This document shows positions 11,187-22,327 of a DNA stretch of 64,000 nt, one piece after another. Location: assembly GCA_012295275.1 (NCBI GenBank), contig CM022670.1, forward strand, positions 33,480,001 through 33,544,000, read 5' to 3'. The number at the start of each line of letters is the position of its first letter. Positions within the stretch are counted from its first letter, which is position 1. Position numbers and translations under genes: made by a program. This DNA is from Chrysomallon squamiferum (Eukaryota; Animalia; Mollusca). Below the pieces are notes generated by a model that was not told where the DNA came from, ran no database searches, and saw only the letters and a list, made by a program, of their open reading frames with translations.

Positions 11187-14100
11187 TTTTTGTTTGAGGT
11201 GGGTCTGTCATATGATTTGAATAACGTAAGTCTCGATCATTTGAAAGTTTTTAACCTAAGACACACTCATATCTGAAATCACTTAATATCTGTTAAAAAG
11301 GTTAGTTAGAAAAGGAAAAGAAATAATTATGGTTTTAGTCAGATTTCTGTTTTTACCACTGATATGTAATGAGTTAAGCGTGTATTTCAGATGTAGATGA
11401 ATGTGAGTACGGAACCCACGACTGTGAGAAGAAGACGTCAACATGTAAGAACACATTTGGATCATTCACCTGTCAGTGTAAAAAAGGATTTGTTGACTAT
11501 GGACTGGGATGTTCAGGTATTTATTTCGTGAATATTTAAAACAAAATCAGTGTGGACCAGTGTTGGTTTAGTTTTGGACAAAATGTAATAAAAAAAAAAA
11601 AAAGAAAAAAAAACAACAAAAAAGACATCGTTAATATTTTATGTTTTGTCAGTAATCAGTAGTACGTAAGCGAATTTAAATAATAATAATAAAAAATAAA
11701 TAATAATCTTCTTGAAATCAAAACTGAAAATTTTTATTTATCATATATGTAACTCACAGTAACAATTCTAAATGAAAATGAATATAGTCTAGAAACTGAC
11801 AGCTATGATAAAAAAAAGATCTGTTACAACATCTTTGGATCATTTAATTTTAAAACATTTAAGGTACGATTTATCAAATGTTAATCAGTTTTGCACTAAC
11901 AGCTAATTAGTTCAGATATGTATTGCCATGTTGTGTTGTTTTGTTCAGATGAAAACGAGTGTAGAATGGGAACTCATGACTGCGATGAAAAGACGTCTGT
12001 TTGTTTAAACACATTCGGATCATTCGCATGTCGGTGTAAAAATGGGTTTGCTGATAACGGAATGGGATGCACAGGTTTTTTTCCGTTTTATTTTATTGAA
12101 AATTTGAAAATGTTGAACTGAGTTAAATACATTATCTTTTTATCAGTAAATGAAATTAAAGACAAAATCACAGAAAAGTTGAACTTTGTTTTCGAGAACG
12201 TTTTCTGGAAAAAAACTAATGTGATCAGAGTTAAATATTAAGGAGAGATATGTTCAAAAAATCTGTATTATTTATTTATTACGTACAGCACCAGAAAATC
12301 AAAACACAGTTTCGGAAATTCAAATCTGTTTTATTAACATTAGCATTATTATTATTAGTTTTGTTTTGAAGCATTCATAGTAAAAATAAAAATTAATACT
12401 GAAATATGAGAAATTTTTGTTTCAGATATAGACGAATGCAAAAAGGAAACAGATAACTGTGATGACACAACGTCTACCTGTTCAAACACTATTGGATCTT
12501 TTACCTGTCAGTGTAAAGATGGGTTTTTTGACAACGGAAAGGGATGCTCAGGTATTTTATTAATTCAGAATTTTAAATTATCCATTAAGTGGTGAGGATC
12601 GGTGGGAATGTTTGTAATTATTTGATATAACAACAACAACAAAAATACAAAAAAAACAACAACCAACAAAACAAAACAAAAACACCCAAATAAAATAAAA
12701 TAAAATATAAAATAATTTAAAAAAATGCTGATTCAGTCTATGGATAATTGTTTTATTTATCTTCGAATGACACCCAGTAGCCAATTTTTGGTGCTAGGAT
12801 GTTGTTAAACAAACAAAGAAACAGATAACGGGAGGAGAGCCTAGATGAATGGAATTGTATCAGTTAAATATTCAGCATTTATAATATTATTTAAAAAATG
12901 TTCTCGTACATCCAACATACTTTTAAATTGTTTCATTATGCAAAATTACCTGTTTATAGGAAACGATCCATCAGACCATTTTGTGAATAAGTTGATACAT
13001 CTAAGAACGGAGAAAAAGGAAAAATCAACCACAAACCCCCCAAAAAACCTACAAAACCCAGCAATCCCCCAGACACCCTCCCCGAACAAACTATTAGACT
13101 AAAACAGTTATATCACTGAAACATTCCGAAAGAAATATTTCAAAGTGTTTCTTTTTATGTCGCAAATATGGCAACATATAACATTTTAAACTCAGTTTTC
13201 TTTAAAAATTCTGCTGTATTCTTTAAGAATATTCAACATTATTAAGATCTGTAATTTAACTTAATTTGTTTTGGTTTTTTTAATAAAAGTATCTGAAAAA
13301 AATAAAAATAAATAAAAAATAAAATAATTTTCAAAGCCAAAACAGCAACAACAACGAAAAGTAGATTGAACAGGCACAAAAAACAAACAAAACAAATACC
13401 TCTCCAAAAAATATTTCTATATATTAACGTATTTTATTGTTATTATTTTTAATTTCTATTCATCATAATGTATAGACAGATGTATAATAACCTGTTTTAA
13501 TTTTTCAGATATAGACGAATGTAGCGAGGGAACACACAGCTGTAAAAATGTGACGTCAGTCTGTATTAACACAGTGGGTTCATTTGAGTGTCAATGCAGA
13601 AAAGGATTTAATGCAGTCCAAGATGGATGTTTTGGTATTTTGTAATATAATTTTTAAAGCATTGGATTAAAAATCAGTTTACTTTTGTAAGTTTACATCC
13701 CTTTAACATAACATGCAAGTTTATCAAGTTTTGTAAAATAGAATAATCAGAAACATTTATACATACTTTCCCATACGTGCGTTTTGAAATAATAGGATTT
13801 ATTACTGATGAATGCTGTTGTGAATCAGAGGTTATGTTGGGGCTGGACTGGAACGTCATGAGTCATAAGATTAATTCTCAAGTCGGTGTCCCATTATTTG
13901 TAAGATTCTGTATGATAAACTTTATATTTTTAAAATCAATGTATATTTGAAACTTTCATTGATTCGTACGTCCATCCATAATTCATTCAGTCATTCATAT
14001 CCCCATCACAGCTCTTTCTTTGTTATATTTTCAGATATCGATGAATGCTCCATGAAGACTGATACCTGTGACTATACGACATCAAGCTGTGTAAACACTG

Positions 14101-14552
14101 ATGGGTCATTTTACTGTGAATGTGTTCAGGGATACGTTAAATCTGGAGATCAGTGCATAGGTATAAAGAAACAAAAAATTAAATACAACGAAAACAACAA
14201 AATTATAGATATGTAATACGTAGAGAGTAAGATCTGAAGAGAACAGAATTCGGTTTTTAAACTTGTGGTATTAGACTGGTACCCAGAGCAGTACGAAAAA
14301 AGAAAAAGAAAAAAAGATCTAATAAAATTCCTTATGCTTACGAATATCATTTTAGTGTTTTGTGCGTCTTATCGTAGCTTTTGGGGGTTTATAAAACAGT
14401 ACTGTTACAAAGCATCTGGAAGCAGCCACTTCGATCCTTCAGAAATATAGCGATGACGTCATCGCGTGCATTGCGAACTGGTAGATGTAGTTCTTACTTG
14501 ACAACACTAGAAAAAACTTTACAGAAAATCTGTCCGCACAGTGTCCGTTACA

Positions 14553-14636
<84 letters not shown>

Positions 14637-15211
14637 TATAACTGTTCTGTAAAATTAAGTGGTCTGAAAAAAAAAGAAGAAATAATAATAATAACAACAG
14701 AAAAAAATATAATAATAAAAAAAGAGAAGAAGTAAATGAAGTATAACCTGAAAGCGTGGATAATTTTATTTCGAAACACCGAATATACGCTTTAAATAGA
14801 AAAATAATATACAAATCAGTACTACAGTATATTAGTACGACGTATGTATGTATGTATGTATGCATGTATGTATGTATGTATACCAAACATATATATATAT
14901 CACATACAAGCCTACAATCACATACATACAAACATATATACATGTATACAGACATCTGTATTTAATGCGTGTATTAAAACTGTTTACTTGAAGTAATTAA
15001 ATTATAAATTCACTTTTTCAGAGGACAGTGGAGCATCTGGATATACTGGAAATGTCTGTACGTATGTTACTGGTTAAATTAGTCATAGGCTACATTGATC
15101 AGTTTTAGTGTCGAATGATTGCTCGTATAATGTATAGGAAATAATTTTCAAAATTAATAACAATAATAATAATAATAACAATGATAATAGCAACAACAAC
15201 AACAGTAATAA

Positions 15212-15250
<39 letters not shown>

Positions 15251-16502
15251 ACAACGATAAAAAAAAAAAAAAAAAATAAATAAAAAATAAAAATAACAAG
15301 ACATAACAAAAAAAAATTAAAAAATGAAAGAAACCAAAGAAAACAAAGAAACTAAAATTAAAGACCCCTCCCAAAAAAAAAAAAAAAAAAAACAACTTAA
15401 ATGAGCATACTAGTTTATAACAAATATCACGTGCTTAGTAAACTAATAGTCTTATACACTAAATGCAAACGGTGCTAACACTTAGATTTAGTTTCTTTCA
15501 AAAGTTAGTATGGTAACAGATTCGAGAAAAGGATGAAGATTAAAATCAAAATATACTGTCTTATTTTTGTATTTATTCCAGACAACACAGATCTGTGCAA
15601 TGGCAAATGTGACAAAGATACATCCGAATGTGTGGGCGATGATTATTTTGCATATTGCGAATGCAAATACGGATACATAGACTACGGCTACGGATGTACA
15701 CGTAAATTAATATAGATCATTCTCATTACATCTACAATAGTGTTCATTTATTCAGAACGAATTTTAGTTTAGGATTAGAACGTTAGCCTCGGTGTAAGCA
15801 TTTCTGTGGATCAAAAGCCCTAAGTGCTCCAGTTTTGGGTATATCTCGATTCATTTGGTGTATGAAATGCCTTAACGTATACTTTATAGTTTGTGAAAAG
15901 TGGATATAATTTAACCAGTGATGCTGCTTAATAAATTTAACATAAGAAATAGTAACAGCTACTTTTCTCTGTCGTATGATCATTTTAAAGAAGGGATATG
16001 GTGGATTGTTAACAAAGATTTGTCTAAAAGTTGTTAAATAATTAATCATTCATTCATTCATCTGTTAAATCATATCAAGAAAGAAAACCAACCTGTGTTT
16101 GATCTTAGAGTTTAAAAGATAATAAAATAGAAAATAAATTAAATAAATTAAATAAAACTTAAATAAAATAATACCCACAAACAAAAAGCAACAATCTACA
16201 TATTAACAAAAAATAAAAAAATAAATAAAATAAAAAAATAAAATGGCTTTTCACTTTTATCCCTGAATCTAAAGTTCTGAACATAATAACAGCAGCATAT
16301 AGTAGTTGTTGATTTAAAAAAGAAGTAAAACTAATATAATGTTTGTCTTTCAGAATATACAACGAGCTTAGATGTGTGCGCTGACTGTGACAATGATACC
16401 GCTACTTGTGTGACTAATATGTACTCATCTTTCTGTGACTGCAAAGAAGGATATATATTTGATGGGTTAGGATGTATAGGTAAACTGATACATATGTGTG
16501 TG

Positions 16503-16534
<32 letters not shown>

Positions 16535-18281
16535 TGTGTGTGTAAATTATCCAGTGTCATTAACTGGGGAACGTAATCGATGGAACTTCTATTCTCAGGT
16601 TATCATTATCCCAAAAGAATATAATGATGCTGATAAATAACAATTTGTAGATTCATATTTTGATATACCTTTAAAGATTAATTAATTCTTTCATTTGTTA
16701 AATTAAACTTTTCGTATGAAATGTTTTCGTGCAAATTCATAACAAACCAACACAAATCGAAATTTCATTATCTGAAATGCAGCTTCTATTTCTCTTTCTG
16801 TTTATTCATTTTTTGATTTATTATTATTTTTGTATTATATAATTTATTTTAGCATATCATCGTTTATATATATAAAAAATATATTAATGCTAAATACATA
16901 TACAAATTATATATGTATATATATATGTATGTATGTGTGTATGCATGTATGTATGTATATGTATGTATGTATGTATATATGTATGTATGTATGTATAAGT
17001 ATAATTTGTAAACGTATTTAGCATTACTGAATATTTTCTTTACTATGTTCAGTGGGGTTTTCTTTTCACTTTTTTCTTTTTTACTCCCCAAGAATTTTAG
17101 AAAAGGGAGAGTTTATGATATAGTTTACATAAATGATGAGTAGCTATGAGACTTTCCACAAATATCTGCTTTACATAAAGTTTTGTGTTCTTATCTGTCT
17201 ATTTTTTTCTTCTTCGATTAGCGGTTGGATGTTTAAATACCCCAACACTGTTTGGTGCAGTCATAATAGAAATCTCAGAAGATAGTCTGTACGTAAAGTT
17301 TTCCTGTGGAGAGGGTTACAGAAATAGAGGAGGATATCCATCAGCAATTTGTTCAAAAGTAACTGGCGTATGGGAGCTGCCTACCATGATATGTGAACGT
17401 AAGAGCAAATCTGCTTTATCTTACATACATGTGATTTCATACTGCCGGCATCTTCCTAAATAACAATATAAAAAAATAATGCGACTTTTCGAATCTCTAT
17501 TATTGCATGTTATTTTTATGTCGTACGTTTCAGTGTATTTAATGTTTTATTATTGTTATTGTTTTATTGTTCTGCTGCAACTACTACTACTACGACTACT
17601 GTTACTACCACCACCGCTACTGCTTCTGTTACTGTTACTATTCTACTACTCCCTTTTGTTTTACTATCAGTCTTAATATTAGTATTAATTATTTTAATAT
17701 TCGTATTCGTATCCGATATGTATTCAGAAAAGTAGTAGTAGTGGTAGTAGTAACAGTCGTAGTAGTAGTAGTAGTAGTAATAGCAGTAGTAGTAGTAGTA
17801 ATAGCAACTGCGGTAATATATTGCCCAAACACAAAATATCATGTTATCCTGTCCGTATTAACATAATAATATATTACATTCATCAGCAACCGAATGCTTC
17901 ATCCGAGTCGAGGGACATGCTTACTATGCTGGGAAGCAAAATAAAGCCAGGTCAAACAGTATGGTGTGTGGCCGATTTGATTCCCCTGAGCTGATAGCTG
18001 AAAAAAAGGAAATCTTGTACCCGTACTACTTCCATGTGAGCGACATTTCAGACGTGAACGATTACTGCAGAGATCCTTTCAGTTCTGGCACACCCTGGTG
18101 TTTCACCAATGCCACGGGGAGAACAAACAGATCCTGCGATATACCAATGTGTGAACCAGGTACTAACAAGAAGTACACGATTTTATAAAGTTTAGCATAC
18201 GTACCACTTAGGTGTAGTCCGGAAAAGATGCTTGTTGTTGTTGTTGTTCTTGTTTATTGTGGGTGGTGGTACTGGTGTAAA

Positions 18282-18337
<56 letters not shown>

Positions 18338-19568
18338 GTGTCTGTGTGTGTAACTGAAAGTATTATACAGAAAGTTTCAAGTTAAACTACATGTAATTCT
18401 TACGTGTTAGTCCATTAGGCACTGTGAATCTTTTTGATCAGTATCAATTTCTCATTTCTTATTTATTTCGGTAAAGATTGGAAAATTTGAATTTCTGTTA
18501 ATCTTGTGTCATTAATTTTGTCGTTCAGTTATTTTCAATACTTTTCAGGTTTCTACACTGAATTATTATTATTATTTTTTTCTTCTTTCTTTCTTCATAC
18601 CAGGTTCGAACTGTACCGTAGCGCCTTTTGTACCTGGTGCCTCTGTCGCTTCCATGACAAAGGATGCAGATGGAACGGTGAGTGCGACGTACGAATGTCT
18701 TGATGGACTGGTACAAGTAAACAATCCAGTCGCAGTGTGCAAAGGCGACAAGGATGGAGATGAAGAATGGACTGTTGCAAACGTTATCTGTGCTCGTAAG
18801 ATTTTAGCAGCGTCTGCTGTAATTACATATATAAATATACCCATTTGTACACATACGCAAACATATGCACATACATTATGTATATGTAAATACATACATA
18901 CTTAAAAACTTAAAAATAATACAAATACATACATGCATAAATACAAGCATGCTTCACATTACATCTTCCTCTGATATCCACGAGTGGTTTATCTAAAACA
19001 AGGTGGTTTTTTCCCGCTTATGGGAATGTTGCTATAAAACTATCCTTTGCTACTAAACGAGAAAGAGTAACCCTTTAAATGAAGGGTGACTTTGAAAATT
19101 GCTTTTGGCTGATTAAACAAATATTAAGACACCCATACCGTCTTAGATTAAGAATATTTTGAATGCATCATTACATAAAACATTTCTTCAGTTTTGAAAC
19201 ACACGTTTACTTTATAATGTATTGTCTTCTTTTTCTTCTTGTTATTATTATTATTATTATTATTGTTATTATTATTGTAAATATCTTTAGCGAAAGACTG
19301 CTACATGTTAGTAAGAGATTCCCGGGAGACTTTGGTGGCTGCTTACTCTGGAAGACAGAACAAGACCATCAGTGGACTGGAATGTCAACGCTGGGAGGAT
19401 GCTGACGAAGACACAACTCATTTTGTCACAGGCGAAAGTGTCCACGACGCCGGCAGCTACTGTCGCGACGGAGTCGGGCGGCTGAAGCCGTGGTGCTACA
19501 CAACGCGAACGTACACGTCGTGGGAATACTGCAGTGTCAGACCCTGCAGTTTCATGAACAATATGTGA
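5982..19568 (+). CDS. Gene B: secreted modular protein, SP - acidic repeat - RVKR - helical blocks - 12 EGF (9 Ca-binding) - CCP - kringle - CCP - kringle (~1040 aa if the 1-nt deletion in exon 7 is repaired)
   Basis: Exons: 5982-6360, 7776-7949, 8508-8609, 9133-9264 (EGF); cbEGF 9452-9577, 9893-10018, 10407-10531 (125 nt, frameshifted), 10674-10799, 11391-11516, 11949-12074, 12426-12551, 13509-13634, 14035-14160; linker 15022-15057; EGF 15582-15701, 16354-16479; CCP 17222-17398; kringle 17887-18159; CCP 18604-18795; kringle + stop 19291-19568. All are AG/GT and phase 1 apart from exon 7. Confidence 0.92.
6979..7641. mobile_element. Non-autonomous Tigger/pogo-like (Tc1/mariner superfamily) DNA transposon/MITE in gene B intron 1
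   Basis: Left end TA-CAGTGACTTACGAG; right end CTCGTAAGTCGAGGAACCACT-ATA (reverse complement AGTGGTTCCTCGACTTACGAG). These are terminal inverted repeats with TA flanks, and the left copy has a small internal deletion. Subterminal CTCGTA motifs are repeated. No transposase ORF. Confidence 0.75.
8090..8261 (+). mobile_element. Probable tRNA-derived SINE in gene B intron 2
   Basis: GC-rich island in an AT-rich intron with a Pol III B-box-like GTTCGAGTC (8134-8142) and a 3' tail GACGTAAGAAACCAATCAAATC; A-box degenerate. Confidence 0.5.
9133..16479 (+). CDS. Gene B EGF array (1 EGF, 9 cbEGF, 36-nt linker, 2 divergent non-Ca EGF)
   Basis: Repeated 126-nt exons such as [42 protein letters not shown]. 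The last two EGFs lack the DxDE Ca-binding start. Confidence 0.92.
12766..12817 (+). mobile_element. SINE 3'-end remnant
   Basis: AATGACACCCAGTAGCC...GTGCTAGGATGTTGTTAAAC(AAAC)n resembles molluscan SINE tails (recognised from memory, not searched). It is absent from the paralogous intron copy at ~10905-10940. Confidence 0.45.
17222..17398 (+). CDS. Gene B CCP/sushi domain 1
   Basis: [14 protein letters not shown]...FSCGEGY...[18 protein letters not shown]; 4 Cys + Trp; gtaag donor. Confidence 0.9.
17887..18159 (+). CDS. Gene B kringle domain 1
   Basis: ECF...[18 protein letters not shown]...[16 protein letters not shown]...CDIPMC: six Cys with the Y-x-G, YCRDP, PWC and CDIPxC kringle signatures. 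Confidence 0.9.
18604..18795 (+). CDS. Gene B CCP/sushi domain 2
   Basis: [13 protein letters not shown]...ATYECLDGL...AVCKG...[10 protein letters not shown]; 192 nt, phase 1-1. Confidence 0.82.
18978..19073 (+). mobile_element. Degenerate Meta-domain-like SINE core
   Basis: CCACGAGTGG...TGGGAATGTTGCTATAAAACTATCCTTTGCTACTAAACGAGAAAGAGTAACCC resembles the molluscan MetaSINE central domain (from memory). Weaker look-alikes occur at ~15824-16040 (+) and ~35540-35570 (-). Confidence 0.5.
19291..19568 (+). CDS. Gene B kringle domain 2 and stop codon (terminal exon)
   Basis: DCY...[18 protein letters not shown]...SYCRDG...PWCYT...WEYCSVRPC, then TGA at 19566-19568. Confidence 0.92.
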
Positions 19569-19644
19569 CATACAGTAAGAACGTGCTTTAATAACAGCTG
19601 TGTTTTAATTTTAGATTATTTTGATGAATCATGGACAATCGAGA

Positions 19645-19665
19645 ATTAAAGATCTGCGTAATAAA
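19645..19665 (+). terminator. Candidate polyadenylation signals of gene B
   Basis: ATTAAA (19645-19650) and AATAAA (19660-19665), 80-95 nt after the stop and followed by T/GT-rich sequence. Confidence 0.45.
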
Positions 19666-19738
19666 ATATTAAGTGCAAGAACGACTGATGTTATGTTTTC
19701 AATTTTTGTTGCTGGATTATTTTGTTTGCTGTACAGCG

Positions 19739-19802
<64 letters not shown>

Positions 19803-20267
19803 TTATTATTATCGGTATTTTTAAAGAAGGCTTTATGTTCATAATTACATACACAAACACACAAAAAAAAAAAAACCACACAGGTACGCACACATCCATA
19901 AACTCTCTTTATAACCAATCACAAACTAAATAGTTATAAAGGAAAAACTAATTTCGCAAGGGAAATAACTCTGCTTGGTATCCATTTGTACTTGTAATAG
20001 TATTACTCTGTAATATTAATGGTAAGCAAAGAAATGATCACAGTATTCAATTACACATGGCTGACTATTATTTATATAATTACTAAGAATGTACTCAGAG
20101 TACAACTAACTTACATTAATAGTACACACATTACATAATTATACTTGTTCTCTGGTTATTGTCAGCTTAATGTATGACATCAGCGTAATTTCAGAGCTGT
20201 AATTAAGGAAACGTAATTATGAAGCTTTTACAATGCAGAATCTCGTATCATACACATATGCATAAAT

Positions 20268-20325
<58 letters not shown>

Positions 20326-22206
20326 AAAATCTTGCTTTATCAGTACGTAACTTAATATATAATAATAAATAAATAATTAAAAAAAATTAATTTCATACAA
20401 ACAAACAATAAATAAATAAATAAATAAATAAATAGATGTTACAATTTCATTTTCTATCTCTGTACATACTTGTATACTTGTTATCCGAGGTCTGTGTTCG
20501 TGACGCAATGCTCCTTTGTTTGGTTTCCTTTGTTTCTCTGTTGAAACTCATTTCATTTTGACTATTTCTTTCACCACACGCGAAACCCTCCCCTGTTTAA
20601 TATCATGGATCCGCTCTGAAATTTATATATTAAAAAAAACAATTTTTTTTAAAATCTAATACAGACAACCTTTCTCTTTGTTTTTCATCAGCTGATTGGT
20701 CAAGACAGTTATTACAGCGAGAAAACCGCGTGAAATCTGACATTAATTATCATCTTTCAAAAGGAATCTTGGAACAAAAATTCAATAGTTTACCATTAAA
20801 GTAATGAAGTAGTAAAACCAATGTTTAATAATGACATTATGACAAATATGTTGTCGTAGTAAAAAAAAAAAAAAATGACATTTGCTCTGCTAATAACATA
20901 GAAGATAAGTAAAATCAATGGTAACTACATTATGAATCAGGAAGTTGTCAACACAAAAAGAGGTTAATGCAGACGAACAAATAGTGCAGACAAATGAAGA
21001 AGAAGAAGAAAAAAATGAATGATAGCAAATTTTATTCTCGAAATTTCTCTACTAATGTTTTGATAAACAGCATTTTAGCCAGAAGAAAAAGCAGGGTAAA
21101 AAAATTAATAATAATAAATATCGTTTGCTTGTTGTTGTTGTTGTTGTTGTTCGTGTCGTCTACTTGTTGTTTTTAGAATTATATTTCATTGTTTAAAATA
21201 AAACTTAAGAAGAAGGATTTAAAACGATTAAAGTGAAAAAGAAATGATTTTTCTGGAACAATTATTGTTCATTATTAACACTGTTTTCTAACATTAACCT
21301 GTTGTTTAAGAACAAATAATTTATTGTTTGCTCATTAGGCTAAAGTATAATATTTCAGAATCGGATGATGCTAATATTATTTATTATTGCATATTTCGTT
21401 TTATTTCGATTTTGATTTTGTTTGTCTTTTTCTTTTTTCTTCTCTTTTTTTTCCCCCTTTTTTTTTATAATTAACAAGAACGGGAAAAGGTAATACGAGA
21501 TAGAGAAATAATTAATTGAATTTCCAGTTTCATCTAATTACTTATTTTTTTCTGTTTCATTTTGTATAGGCCTTATATAATGCCTTTAAATTATTATTAA
21601 TACTTTCTTTTTATAAATCTAATTTAAGAAATGTTAGCAAATACATCAATAACATCTCAGTACTGTATAAATGTAATGAGACGAGGCTTTTAAAAAAAAA
21701 AAAAATTAATTATTGGAATATTTTCAAAGCTTCCCTTTGTATTTGAGAAATATTAAAGGTAAAAATATTAAAACACGATATCCATCATCACAGTTATTGT
21801 CTCAGTTATACTTTTAACTACTGAAATGGATATGCATTACTGTTTTAAAGATGGGAATTAATGAAAACTAATCAAAGCAAGATACATACATAATAAAAAA
21901 TAATAATACAAGTAATAATACTTCAGTAAGACCAGGTGAACTTTTTGTCTGAATTCCTTTTAAATATTTAAAAAAAAAAAAAAAAAGATTTCTGAAAATG
22001 TTTCTTTCATACTGAAGAGAAAATATTTTATTACTTCTATTTTAAGTCCTTTTTAAGTTTTATTTTTCTGTATTTTTTTTACATTTTATTTCATTCTATC
22101 TCTTCTCTGTCCTCTTTCTCATTATTCTTCTTCTTCTCTCTGTCTGTCTTATTATATATCTCGTTTTTATATATCTTCCTCTTTTTCTGTTCTGTCCCTT
22201 TCATCT

Positions 22207-22327
<121 letters not shown>

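Noticed and set aside
18741-18749. KGD integrin-ligand-like tripeptide in CCP2
   Set aside because: A three-residue motif is expected by chance and there is no paralog support in the window.
20575-20620. GGATCCGCTCTG and similar short transposon-end-like strings (also 30357, 35272)
   Set aside because: No partner inverted terminus found in the window; too short to call.
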